A stretch of DNA of 64,000 nucleotides from Candidatus Sumerlaeaceae bacterium. Its GTDB lineage: Bacteria; Sumerlaeota; Sumerlaeia; Sumerlaeales; Sumerlaeaceae. Position 1 is the stretch's first letter. Each line of letters starts with the position of its first letter. Positions 28,620-40,784 of the stretch are shown here, piece after piece. The notes under the pieces were generated by a model. That model had not been told where the DNA came from. It ran no database searches and was given only the letters and a program-made list of their open reading frames with translations. A program made the position numbers and the translations under genes. The stretch is from the NCBI GenBank assembly GCA_051003195.1, contig JBPCLP010000045.1, positions 32,001 to 96,000 of the forward strand, read 5' to 3'.

Positions 28620-28730
28620 AAGTCGCCAGCTTCATGGGCAGCACCCCGGGCTTTGCAACGGGAAAGCTTTATCGGAGGTATCGCACGAATGAACACGAAT
28701 CCCGGGAAGCCGTGCGATTCGCGCTTAAAT

Positions 28731-28760
28731 AAAAACGGGCCTGGTATGGCACCAGGCCCG
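28731..28760 (-). terminator. Intrinsic terminator between rpmF and plsX
   Basis: Minus strand: CGGGCCTGGT-gccat-ACCAGGCCCG-TTTTT. Confidence 0.8.
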
Positions 28761-28841
28761 CTCCGCTCTGCTTAGTTATTTAGGGTTCGCGGCTATTCAG
28801 TGTCCAGGTTCTGCGTCGAACGCAAAAATACCGGAAAAGGC

Positions 28842-29039
28842 TTACTTGCTCTCAGATGATGAAGGCAAGGGTCCGTACTGTCGACCCTTGAACTCGCCGC
28901 AGTTAGGGCATACCCGGTGAGGCATACGCGGTTTGCCGCAGCTCTTGCAGTCAGCCATACCCTGAACGGTCTCCATTCCTTTATGGGTGCGACCGCGGTC
29001 ACGGCGCGCAGAACAATGGCGCCGCCTTGGAACTGGCAT
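28842..29039 (-). CDS. rpmF: 50S ribosomal protein L32 (Zn-binding form)
   Basis: MPVPRRRH...CKSCG...PHRVCPNCG; GGAGG SD upstream. Confidence 0.95.
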   Translation of the reverse strand: MPVPRRRHCSARRDRGRTHKGMETVQGMADCKSCGKPRMPHRVCPNCGEFKGRQYGPLPSSSESK

Positions 29040-29344
29040 TGTGATCCTCCGTTACTCGATAAAAACCGAGCACTTATAGCCCGTTGAGGCCGATAAATTC
29101 AACTGCCGAGTCACCCATGGTTTTCAGGAAGTCCAGCTGCAAAGCCGGGCCTGCTCGGTGTCCGTTTATGCAGCCACGATGTCCGCGGGAGTTGGTTGCT
29201 GGAAATCCAGAACTCAAGCGCCTGTCGAAAGCGTCGAAATTTAACTCCAGTTATTGAAAGCATTTGCGTGGATTTCCAGATGCACGTCAAAAAGCTTTAA
29301 ATTTCCAGACGCGGAAAACGTCTCAAAACGAAACCTTCCTGATT

Positions 29345-30229
29345 ATGACGATTCGAATACATAGCTCGATCCATGAGCTGCGCGCCAGCTTCCACGATCG
29401 CGGCAGCGAACCGGTTATACTGGTTCCCACGATGGGCGCCCTGCACACCGGCCACGAAGTACTGATTCACCGTGCAAAGGAAGTTGCACCAGCCTTGGTT
29501 CCGGCTCTGCAGTCCGGCCCGGTCCCACCGCGTATCATCGTATCCATTTTCGTAAACCCGCTGCAGTTCGGCCCTAAAGAGGATTTCGCTCGATACCCAA
29601 GGGACCTCCAACGCGACGCAGCGATCGGGCAAAGTGCCGGCGCCACCGACATCTTCGCACCGTCACCGGAAGAACTTACGCCAGGCGACGTTACTACGAG
29701 CGTCGATCCAGGATCCCTGGCGAACGTGCTTTGCGGACCGTTCCGACCCGGTCACTTCCGCGGCGTCTGTACAATCGTTCTCAAACTGTTCAACGTAGTG
29801 CAGCCAACGCACGCCATCTTCGGTTGGAAGGACGCACAGCAGTTTATCATCCTGCGCAAGATGGTGAAGGACTTGAACCTTCCGATCGAAATGATTGGCG
29901 TAGAAACAGAGCGCGAGTCGGATGGCCTCGCCATGAGTTCACGAAATGCCTATTTGTCGCCGGAAGAGCGCAGAATCGCACCCGCGCTCCACAGGACTTT
30001 GGAGGAACTTCGCGAGGCACTGCTTTGCGGGGCGATCCTTCCTGCAGACACTGAGGCCTTCGCACGAGTTCGGCTTCAAACCGCAGGAATTACTCCGATT
30101 GACTACGTACAGCTCGTATCGGCTGGAACGCTGGGCGCGCCGGAGCCAACGGGCGAGCTTCTCCTCGCAGGCGCCATGCGCCTGGGAACCACACGACTCA
30201 TTGACAACGTACGGTTTTTCATTCCATAA
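29345..30229 (+). CDS. panC: Pantoate-beta-alanine ligase
   Basis: VPTMGALHTGH, SIFVNPLQF, RPGHFRGV, FGWKDAQQ, DGLAMSSRN, RLIDN. Start placed at ATG 29345. Confidence 0.96.
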   Translation: MTIRIHSSIHELRASFHDRGSEPVILVPTMGALHTGHEVLIHRAKEVAPALVPALQSGPVPPRIIVSIFVNPLQFGPKEDFARYPRDLQRDAAIGQSAGATDIFAPSPEELTPGDVTTSVDPGSLANVLCGPFRPGHFRGVCTIVLKLFNVVQPTHAIFGWKDAQQFIILRKMVKDLNLPIEMIGVETERESDGLAMSSRNAYLSPEERRIAPALHRTLEELREALLCGAILPADTEAFARVRLQTAGITPIDYVQLVSAGTLGAPEPTGELLLAGAMRLGTTRLIDNVRFFIP

Positions 30230-30280
30230 CCTCTGGATCCGAAGCACGTATTTTTATTCTTTTTCAGGAGGTAAGCATTG

Positions 30281-30949
30281 ATGAGAGCCCGCGCATTTAC
30301 GCTCATCGAGCTGCTGATTGTTGTGGCGATTATCGCGATTTTAGCGGCAATTGCAGTTCCCAATTTTCTTGAGGCCCAGACCAGGGCGAAGATCTCACGC
30401 GTAAGAGCTGATATGAGAACAGAAGCTACGGCAATTGAGGCTTACGCAGTGGACGAAAACCGTTATCCACCCGCATGGGATTACTGGCCAGCAGGACCTG
30501 GACGTACATGGGGTACTTTTACTGAGATTTCCGCAGGCCCATTTCACGCTCGTGTACCATCATACCTCACGACACCAATTGCTTACATCACAAGCATTCC
30601 GGGCGATCCATTTCGGCAAAACGATAAAGGTCCAATTGCCATCAATCTTTTGCCGGTGAAAGACCGCCATACATACTTTAATATGAGATACTTTTTTGAC
30701 GGCGGGGTCAACGCAACGGGGCCTAATACAATCACTGAGGCTCAGAAGCTTGCTGGTGCATGGTTTCTCTATTCTCCGGGGCCTGACAGGGACGAATTTA
30801 ATACCCCAGCCGGCGCAACGGCAACTGCCCTGAGAGTATACCGGGACTATGATGCCACAAATGGGACTGTTAGTCTCGGAAACCTTTTTAGAACTCCGGC
30901 GAACGGCGAACGGTTGGGGTCAGTTCCATATTTTTATACGACACCCTGA
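30281..30949 (+). CDS. Prepilin-type N-terminal cleavage/methylation domain protein
   Basis: RARA|FTLIELLIVVAIIAILAAIAVPNF class III signal; CAGGAGGT SD. Confidence 0.92.
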   Translation: MRARAFTLIELLIVVAIIAILAAIAVPNFLEAQTRAKISRVRADMRTEATAIEAYAVDENRYPPAWDYWPAGPGRTWGTFTEISAGPFHARVPSYLTTPIAYITSIPGDPFRQNDKGPIAINLLPVKDRHTYFNMRYFFDGGVNATGPNTITEAQKLAGAWFLYSPGPDRDEFNTPAGATATALRVYRDYDATNGTVSLGNLFRTPANGERLGSVPYFYTTP

Positions 30950-31069
30950 TACCAGGTGCGTGATAGTTTCGATGCGGCTCTGCTCGGGGGAACTTTTCTT
31001 TCGTGGCGGATTGTTGCAGCGGGCATATTAGCGTATTGATTTTAACAAGGATCAAGACCGCGATCTGAC

Positions 31070-32548
31070 ATGCTAAAAGAGCACAACTACGTATTCAAGC
31101 GCGTGAACATGGCAATCGACCTGGTGCTTACTGCCGGGGCGGTGGTGGTAGCGCACGGTCTGCGCAACGCGGTGCTGGCGCCGTATTTCTTCCCGGAGGT
31201 GTTTCGCGAACCGGCGCGCTTCGCCGATTATGCGTGGCTGGCGTACACTATGCCGCTGTTCATGGTCGCATTTTTGCGGCACTATGGGTATTACCAGTCG
31301 CAGCGCATCCGCTCATTTGGCAGCACCATGGGAGCCGTGATCGTGAGCGCCGTGCTCACAACCGTCGCGGCGATGGTGCTGAGCTTCATCCTTTCGCAAC
31401 GTGGATCGCGCCCCGCGCTGACGGACGTCGTCAGCGGCGAGAATGTCAGCCGCGGTGTGCTGTTGCTGGTGCCCGTCGTGCTGACGCTGTTAATGGCGTT
31501 GAAGACGATGGCGGTACGCAGTTTCCTGGTCGGCTTGCGCAAGCGTGGTAAAAACTCACGGGCGCTTCTGCTGGTGGGCAGCGGCGCGTCGCTGCGCGAT
31601 TTCATAGGGCTGGTGCAGGGGCACACCTTCTGGGGATTTCAGATCAAGGGAGTCGTCGACGACAGCGGCCGCGAGAGCAAGGCAGTCGAACGCGTGCCGG
31701 TGGTCGCGCAATTAGCAGAGCTACTCCCCTACCTGGAGCGCACGCCTGTGGATGAGGTCGTGTTCATCCCGGCGCGACGCAGCCTCGAGGAACTGGCACC
31801 CTACTTCGCCGCTTGCGAAGAGATGGGAATTCGCACGCGGCTGTCGCTCACGTTCTTCCGCGGCACAATTGCGAAGCCCGTGCTGGACTCCTTCGAGGAT
31901 GTACCGGTCGTCACTTACTCGCCCACCACCGAGTTGAACGCGGCACTCCTGTTCAAGTACACTTTCGACCGTGTTGCGGCGGCATTTCTGCTCGCGCTGG
32001 CTTCACCGTTTCTGCTCCTCATCTCGGTCCTGATTAAGGTCGCCAGTCAGCGCTGGAGCGACCCGGTGTTTTATGGGCAGGAGCGCAGCGGACTGCATGG
32101 CAAACCGTTCACGCTGTGGAAATTCCGTAGTATGCGTCTCGGCGCCGACCAGCAACTATCGGAGTTGCAGGAGCAGAACGAGATGGAAGGGCCGGTCTTT
32201 AAGATCAAAAACGACCCGCGCATTACCGCGGTCGGACGCTGGCTGCGAAAAACAAGTGCCGACGAACTGCCGCAACTGTGGAACGTGTTTCGAGGCGATA
32301 TGAGCCTGGTCGGCCCACGCCCGCCGCTGCCAGGTGAAGTCGCTAAGTATGATCGCTGGCAGCGCCGCCGTCTCAGTATGAAACCGGGCATTACCTGCCT
32401 CTGGCAGGTGATGGGCCGCAATCAGCTCTCCTTCGACACCTGGATGAAACTGGATCTCGAGTACATCGACCGCTGGAGCCTGCTGCTGGATTTTAAGATA
32501 CTTTGTCGAACTGTCTATGTGGTCGCAACCGGCTACGGTGCGATGTGA
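31070..32548 (+). CDS. Undecaprenyl-phosphate sugar phosphotransferase (WcaJ/CpsE-like priming glycosyltransferase)
   Basis: TM helices, Rossmann-like middle domain, KFRSM, DPRITAVGRWLRKTSADELPQLWNV, GDMSLVGPRP, KPGITCLWQV. Confidence 0.93.
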   Translation: MLKEHNYVFKRVNMAIDLVLTAGAVVVAHGLRNAVLAPYFFPEVFREPARFADYAWLAYTMPLFMVAFLRHYGYYQSQRIRSFGSTMGAVIVSAVLTTVAAMVLSFILSQRGSRPALTDVVSGENVSRGVLLLVPVVLTLLMALKTMAVRSFLVGLRKRGKNSRALLLVGSGASLRDFIGLVQGHTFWGFQIKGVVDDSGRESKAVERVPVVAQLAELLPYLERTPVDEVVFIPARRSLEELAPYFAACEEMGIRTRLSLTFFRGTIAKPVLDSFEDVPVVTYSPTTELNAALLFKYTFDRVAAAFLLALASPFLLLISVLIKVASQRWSDPVFYGQERSGLHGKPFTLWKFRSMRLGADQQLSELQEQNEMEGPVFKIKNDPRITAVGRWLRKTSADELPQLWNVFRGDMSLVGPRPPLPGEVAKYDRWQRRRLSMKPGITCLWQVMGRNQLSFDTWMKLDLEYIDRWSLLLDFKILCRTVYVVATGYGAM

Positions 32549-32637
32549 TTGATTCACGAATCCCACGAATTGAATTTGGGATTCCTGGATTCTGAATTGC
32601 GAATAGGAACTTGCGAAAGTGGTGAAAGGCTCCGACT

Positions 32638-33822
32638 ATGGCCCTGAATAACAGCCTTCCTGCTACGCTTGTCCTGGAGGACGGCACCGTGTTTCGCGGA
32701 CGCTCGTTTGGCGCACCGGGCGAAGTGATTGCGGAGATTATTTTTCACACCGGCATGACTGGCTACCAGGAAGTACTGACCGACCCCTCCTATCGTGGCC
32801 AGATGGTAGTAATGACCTATCCCCTCATTGGTAACTATGGGATCAATGCATTGGACGAGGAATCACCACGGCCGCAGGTTTCCGGTTTTATTATAAAAGA
32901 GCTTTCGAAGGTCGCAAGCAACTGGCGCAGTGAAGAAGGCCTGAGCGACTACCTTGCACGATTCGGTATTCCTGGAATCGAGGGGATCGATACGCGAGCC
33001 GCAGTGCTGCACTTGCGGCAGCAGGGAGCAATGCGCGCCGTCATTAGTACGGAGCGCCACGACGTAAAGAAGCTGGTCGCTGCGTGCAAAGCCGCCCCGA
33101 CCATGGAAGGCCAGAGCCTCGTTTACGATGTGAGCGCGCCCGAAACGTTCAAATTTGCCACTGATCCTCGTGTGACGAAATTAAATACTTCCCTCGGAAT
33201 TGGGCTCGAGCGCAACGGGGCGCAGGCCGGGGGCAACCCACAGCCCCCCATAGCCGATAAGCGCTACCACGTGGTGGCTTATGATTTTGGGGTGAAGCAA
33301 AACATCCTGAACCTGCTGGCTGAACAGAATTTTGAAGTCACAGTGGTTCCGGCCAAAACGGGCGCGGCGGAAGTAATGGCGCTAAAACCCGATGGCGTGT
33401 TTCTTTCGAACGGTCCAGGCGATCCCGCTGCATTGCCAGAGATCGTGGATAATGTGAAACAGCTGCTCGGAAAGGTGCCTATGTTTGGTATTTGCCTCGG
33501 GCACCAGTTGCTGGGGCTGGCCAATGGCGCGCGCACCTACAAGTTGAAATTCGGGCACCACGGAGCGAACCACCCCGTCAAAGACCTGCTCACCCAGCGC
33601 GTGGAGATCACCAGCCAGAACCACGGTTTCTGCGTCGATGCTGCCACGCTGCCTAAGTCCGCCTCGATCACGCACGTGAATTTGAATGACGGCACGGTGG
33701 AAGGTTTTGAAGACGAGCAGAAGAAGTACTTTGCGGTGCAATACCATCCTGAAGCCGCCCCCGGCCCGCATGATAGCAGCTACCTTTTTGATCGCTTCAG
33801 GGAGTGGATCGAACGGGGGTAG
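32638..33822 (+). CDS. carA: Carbamoyl-phosphate synthase small subunit
   Basis: [50 protein letters not shown]. Confidence 0.97.
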   Translation: MALNNSLPATLVLEDGTVFRGRSFGAPGEVIAEIIFHTGMTGYQEVLTDPSYRGQMVVMTYPLIGNYGINALDEESPRPQVSGFIIKELSKVASNWRSEEGLSDYLARFGIPGIEGIDTRAAVLHLRQQGAMRAVISTERHDVKKLVAACKAAPTMEGQSLVYDVSAPETFKFATDPRVTKLNTSLGIGLERNGAQAGGNPQPPIADKRYHVVAYDFGVKQNILNLLAEQNFEVTVVPAKTGAAEVMALKPDGVFLSNGPGDPAALPEIVDNVKQLLGKVPMFGICLGHQLLGLANGARTYKLKFGHHGANHPVKDLLTQRVEITSQNHGFCVDAATLPKSASITHVNLNDGTVEGFEDEQKKYFAVQYHPEAAPGPHDSSYLFDRFREWIERG

Positions 33823-33967
33823 TCCTACCCTTGAAGCCGGCCCGATGTAAAACCGGTCCAAGCGGCGTTTGCGCGACGTATAGAAAAAAAGTCGTCGTTT
33901 GCCCTTGCAAGTCATGGGTCCCAGCGTAAGGGTAACGGTCATCCCAAGTTCAGGAGGTGATTTTTTA

Positions 33968-34654
33968 ATGAAACGCGGTTTTACTCTTATTGAATTACTG
34001 ATTGTGGTAGCGATCATTGCGATTCTCGCTGCTATTGCGGTTCCCAATTTTCTGGAGGCACAAACACGAGCAAAGGTTTCGCGTGTTAAAGCAGAATTGC
34101 GAACCGTAGCGACAGCTATCGAATCCTACACAGTAGATAACAATACAGAACCGCCGGAAGCTGGCAATGGTCCCGGTGTAGGCGCGTATGCTCCGTTGAA
34201 TCCGTTACTTGGGCAAACTGGGAATTTTACTGGTATTTTAACACCGGCTATCACCACGCCGATTGCATATATGACGACCTTCACTTTTATTGATCCGTTT
34301 TTAACTACGGACCGTGCGGTCGACGCAGATGTTCTTCTGTATACGTACAAGAGCTATCGCGCGGAGTGGCCACTTGACAACCCTCCAAAAGCAGATACCC
34401 AGCCAATCGGTTTTAATGAAGGCTCGGCGCTCAACGGCCTGCGATTTCAGGAACTATACGGCAGGTGGCGTTTGTGGTCGGTCGGTCCAGATCGGTTTTG
34501 GGATAATAAAGCGACGGGAACAAGCCACGTGACGTCTCCGTCCAGTGTTGGACTGCCTTATGATTCGACGAATGGTACTGTAAGTCTCGGGAGCATTCTC
34601 CGCTCTCAGAAGGAACCTGAGCAAAAAACTTGGCAAATCGTAAATGGCCAATAG
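33968..34654 (+). CDS. Prepilin-type N-terminal cleavage/methylation domain protein (paralogue of 30281)
   Basis: MKRG|FTLIELLIVVAIIAILAAIAVPNFLEAQTRAKVSRV; CAGGAGGT SD. Confidence 0.93.
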   Translation: MKRGFTLIELLIVVAIIAILAAIAVPNFLEAQTRAKVSRVKAELRTVATAIESYTVDNNTEPPEAGNGPGVGAYAPLNPLLGQTGNFTGILTPAITTPIAYMTTFTFIDPFLTTDRAVDADVLLYTYKSYRAEWPLDNPPKADTQPIGFNEGSALNGLRFQELYGRWRLWSVGPDRFWDNKATGTSHVTSPSSVGLPYDSTNGTVSLGSILRSQKEPEQKTWQIVNGQ

Positions 34655-34670
34655 TATCCAGTGATATGTA

Positions 34671-34703
34671 AGAACCGGAGCTTTTGCCTCCGGTTCTTTT
34701 TTT
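34671..34703 (+). terminator. Intrinsic terminator between convergent genes
   Basis: AGAACCGGAG-cttttgc-CTCCGGTTCT-TTTTTT. Confidence 0.85.
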
Positions 34704-34728
34704 AGCCAAGTATCAGTTTTCCGCGTAA

Positions 34729-35970
34729 TTACTCTACAACTATGATCTGGACACTGGGAGCGGGCTCACTTTCCGCCGCATTCCTAGCATTTTCCTGAAA
34801 TGCTTCACGCAACTGGCTGCCCTCGCTGGAAAAGAACGCGACCTGCCCACGCTTCGTGGTGAACTGCACCCGATTCTGATTAGAGAGAACCTGCAGCACG
34901 CTATCATCTGCCGGCACCCTGTACTTTTCCAGTGCGTGCACCATTCTGTCGAGTCGCTGCTGGGATACGCGCAGACGATAAGTACGGTAGCGGTGGCCAT
35001 CGTAGGCGAATTGATTGCCCGAGTGTGCATTGGGCTCAGCAACGGCCGCGTCGTTAAGTTCATTGGCTTTCGGGCGAGCTTCGTGGGATAATTGCGCGAG
35101 AGCTGCGCCCAGTTCGTCCTGCTCAAAGCCCAGCCGCGTTGCCGGATCGGTTGGCCTGAGAACAATCGCGGCAAGGGTAGCTCCGCTCAACTCCGCAGGT
35201 TCCGGATAGTTACCGTCCGCTGCACGTGCCAACGCTGAAATCGTCTCACGCGCCAGCGCCAGCCGGCTATGCAGCTCAGCAGTAAACCGGGTAGCCATGG
35301 CGGCAGGAGCGGCGTTGCGGATGGCGCTGTCCGCGGTGGAATCCTCGGCTGGAATTAAGCGCGACGCCGGAGCCGCCGACCGTACAGCCTGTGTGCTGGC
35401 CACCGTGCTCTCGGCTTTTTCTGAACCCGAGAAGTAAGCCACTGCCGATCGGATGCCCGTCTGAAGTTCACGGGCCAGGGGAATGCCGCGTAAATTGCCC
35501 GTATAGAGCGCCGCCAGCGCGGCGATACCCATGAATATGTAGGCTACATACGGTGAGGCTAAGCGCCACGTACGGCGCACACGGCTGCGGTGCGGCTGAC
35601 GAACTCCTGCAAATGTGGGAATCCCGTTCTTTTCGGACTCACTCAGCGATGCTCCCCCGCTGTCCATTTGTGCGGCAACGGCATCAAGTATGGAGGCGAA
35701 CCGCGGGTCTGTAATAAGAGGCGTGCGCCGCTCGTGCTGTTCACGCATCGCCTGGTGAATGATGTTGGATCGAAGGGTGCTGGGAGCGATAAGCTTTGGC
35801 ACACTACGAAGACGAGCCAGCAGGCGTTCTTCCGCTTCGAGCGTCGCGCGGCACTCGTCGCAGAATTCCAGGTGGTCAAAAAGCGTATCGCGTTCGGCCG
35901 GCGCCAGCTCACCATCCAGGTGACGTTCGAGCAATCGTAGATAGCGTGCATGCTCGTGGCGGGGTGTCAT
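34729..35970 (-). CDS. Zinc-binding (ZAS, zf-HC2) transmembrane anti-sigma factor
   Basis: LDGEL...HLEFCDECR (HxxxCxxC), one TM helix, directly downstream of an ECF sigma. Confidence 0.85.
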   Translation of the reverse strand: MTPRHEHARYLRLLERHLDGELAPAERDTLFDHLEFCDECRATLEAEERLLARLRSVPKLIAPSTLRSNIIHQAMREQHERRTPLITDPRFASILDAVAAQMDSGGASLSESEKNGIPTFAGVRQPHRSRVRRTWRLASPYVAYIFMGIAALAALYTGNLRGIPLARELQTGIRSAVAYFSGSEKAESTVASTQAVRSAAPASRLIPAEDSTADSAIRNAAPAAMATRFTAELHSRLALARETISALARAADGNYPEPAELSGATLAAIVLRPTDPATRLGFEQDELGAALAQLSHEARPKANELNDAAVAEPNAHSGNQFAYDGHRYRTYRLRVSQQRLDRMVHALEKYRVPADDSVLQVLSNQNRVQFTTKRGQVAFFSSEGSQLREAFQENARNAAESEPAPSVQIIVVE

Positions 35971-36058
35971 GGCCTATTGGACAGTAAATCTGCGCTAAGT
36001 GTGCAAAACATTTTAACCTGTAGCCCACAGCGCTCGCAGACGACGGAATTTAATGAAG

Positions 36059-36091
36059 AAGGGCCGCGAGAGAGATCTGTCGCGGCCCCTT
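36059..36091 (-). terminator. GC-rich hairpin between sigma and anti-sigma genes
   Basis: GGGCCGCGA/TCGCGGCCC stem followed by TTCTT on the minus strand. Confidence 0.55.
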
Positions 36092-36122
36092 GCTTTGAAT
36101 GCCTAAATGGTTAAATAATCGG

Positions 36123-36785
36123 CTACAGATAATCCTGCATAATGTCTTTCAGCTCGGCACGCGCACGGTGAATACGGCTTTTGACGGTGCCCAGGCTGAG
36201 CTTGAGAATATCAGCAATTTCTTCGTACGCGAGTTCTTCGATGTAGCGCAGAACCAGCACCTCGCGGTGCTCGTCACCAAGGCGCTGAAGGTGTTCTTCT
36301 ACGAACGCCATTTGTTCGCGGTCTGTTGCAACTTTGCGGGGGGTAGGCTGACTGTCCGGATACTGTTTTACGCGCTCTTCGTCGGCGGCATCCATGGGTG
36401 CGTCGAGAGAGGTCGTGCGGTTGAGACCGCGGCTTTGCTGGTATTTCCAGCGGTTTTTGGCGGTATTTACCGTAATGCGATATAGCCACGTGGACAGGGC
36501 CGAGTCGCCCTTGAAATTTTCGATTTTACGGAAGCAGTTGAGGAAGACTTCCTGCGTGAGGTCCAGGGCTTCTTCATAATTGCCCATGAGACGGAAGGCG
36601 GTATTTAGCACGCGGTCCTGGTGCGTGCTGATGAGCTCGTCGAAAGCCATACGATCGCCCGCTTTGCAGCGCTCGACCAACTGGGCCTCGGCGCCAACGC
36701 CAGAGCTGTCAACTTCTGTAAGTCCAAGTACCTGTGATAATGATTCTGCGCTCATAATCTCCCTGTTCCGGGCAATTGCCTGCAC
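36123..36785 (-). CDS. ECF RNA polymerase sigma factor (RpoE/SigW-like)
   Basis: DLTQEVFL, FKGDSALSTWLYRITVN, YEEIADIL...GTVKSRIHRAR. True start may be ATG 36755. Confidence 0.93.
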   Translation of the reverse strand: MQAIARNREIMSAESLSQVLGLTEVDSSGVGAEAQLVERCKAGDRMAFDELISTHQDRVLNTAFRLMGNYEEALDLTQEVFLNCFRKIENFKGDSALSTWLYRITVNTAKNRWKYQQSRGLNRTTSLDAPMDAADEERVKQYPDSQPTPRKVATDREQMAFVEEHLQRLGDEHREVLVLRYIEELAYEEIADILKLSLGTVKSRIHRARAELKDIMQDYL

Positions 36786-37045
36786 GGCACCGGCCTCAAC
36801 GGTGTCGCGCCGGTGCGGGTGGCTTGCGCCGCCCTGTTGTGCCCGGCCCTCCTATAGCCTTATTCGCGTATCAATTCGCCACCCTGAAATGCCCGTGTAA
36901 AGGGGAAAATCCTTACGCTTCGGTTGGTCGCTTGTACTTATCCCAGACCGACTGAAATATTTGAATCGCCACTTCGAAGGTGAATCAATATCGGCGCAGT
37001 TTTGTTACGGCAAACGGATTTAGCTAAAGCGAAAGGACCCTTTGG

Positions 37046-37936
37046 ATGGCGGAAATTACCGCACAAATGGTAAAAGAGCTGCGTGAAAAGAGCGGCGCAG
37101 GCATGATGGATTGCAAGAAGGCACTGACCGAGAGCGCGGGAGATTTTCAGAAGGCAATGAACCTGCTGCGCGAGCGCGGTGAAGCGATTCAGTTGAAGCG
37201 CAGTGGTCGCGTGGCCAAAGAAGGTCTTATTGTTGCCAAAGTGGCTGCAGATGGCCGAAGCGGCGCGCTAATCGAACTGAACAGCGAAAGCGACTTCGTA
37301 GCGCGCAATGACGATTTTAAGGCTTTGGCCGATCGCCTGGCGGCCCACGCGCTGAACAGCGGGGCCGATGGTGACCTGAACGAGACACAACTGGATGGCC
37401 AGCAGGTGTCGGAACTTCTAAAGTCGTCTGTCGGCAAAATCGGCGAGAACATTAAGCTGTCACGTTCGGCAAAGCTGGAGACGACCGACGGTGTGATTGT
37501 TTCGTACATCCATCCCCCCGGCAAGATTGGCGTGCTCGTCGAAATTGCGACAGGGAATGGCAGCCATGCGAACGATGCTCAATTCCAGCAGTTCGCGCGC
37601 AGCATCGCCATGCACGTAGCCGCGACTTCGCCGCTGTGTGTAAGCCGGACGGAAGTTCCTTCTGCCGCGCTCGATAACGAAAAAGAAGTGTACCGCAAGC
37701 AGGCGCTGAACGAGGGCAAGCCTGAGAAGATCGTCGATAAAATCGTCGAGGGTCGTGTCGCCAAGTATTATGGCGAAGTTTGTCTGCTCGAACAGGCATA
37801 CGTACAGGATCCCGACCAGAAGGTGGAGCAGTACGTGAAGCAGGCGGGCGGGAAGTTTGGCGGAGAAGTCGGGGTGAAGCGTTTCGTGCGGTATCAACTG
37901 GGTGAGGGCGCGAAGGCCGAAGGCGGGGAAGAGTAA
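37046..37936 (+). CDS. tsf: Elongation factor Ts
   Basis: ITAQMVKELREKSGAGMMDCKKAL, ELNSESDFVARN, IAMHVAA, GKPEKIVDKIVEG. Confidence 0.98.
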   Translation: MAEITAQMVKELREKSGAGMMDCKKALTESAGDFQKAMNLLRERGEAIQLKRSGRVAKEGLIVAKVAADGRSGALIELNSESDFVARNDDFKALADRLAAHALNSGADGDLNETQLDGQQVSELLKSSVGKIGENIKLSRSAKLETTDGVIVSYIHPPGKIGVLVEIATGNGSHANDAQFQQFARSIAMHVAATSPLCVSRTEVPSAALDNEKEVYRKQALNEGKPEKIVDKIVEGRVAKYYGEVCLLEQAYVQDPDQKVEQYVKQAGGKFGGEVGVKRFVRYQLGEGAKAEGGEE

Positions 37937-38150
37937 CCACAGAGCCTCAGAGGCACCGAGGAAACACAGAGGTGCGACAACAGAACTAACGGTGACTTGC
38001 ATGTACTGGGGCGCGAGGTCCTCGGAAAAGCCGAGACCTCGGATTATAGATTCCGAACAATAGCTTGTTAGAAAAAGGCCGCGAGAAACGTTTTTCTCGC
38101 GGCCTTTTTTCCCCTGTGACTACTCTGTGTCTCTGTGCCTCTGCGGTGAA
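37937..38150. repeat. Inverted arrays of NCACAGAG octamers flanking an intergenic region
   Basis: Left arm CCACAGAG CCTCAGAG GCACCGAG gaa ACACAGAG (37937-37971); right arm CTCTGTGT CTCTGTGC CTCTGCGG (38123-38146). Confidence 0.8.
38072..38110. terminator. Bidirectional intrinsic terminator (tsf/gyrB)
   Basis: AAAAAGGCCGCGAGAAA-cgtt-TTTCTCGCGGCCTTTTT, a perfect inverted repeat with A and T tails. Confidence 0.9.
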
Positions 38151-40784
<2,634 letters not shown>

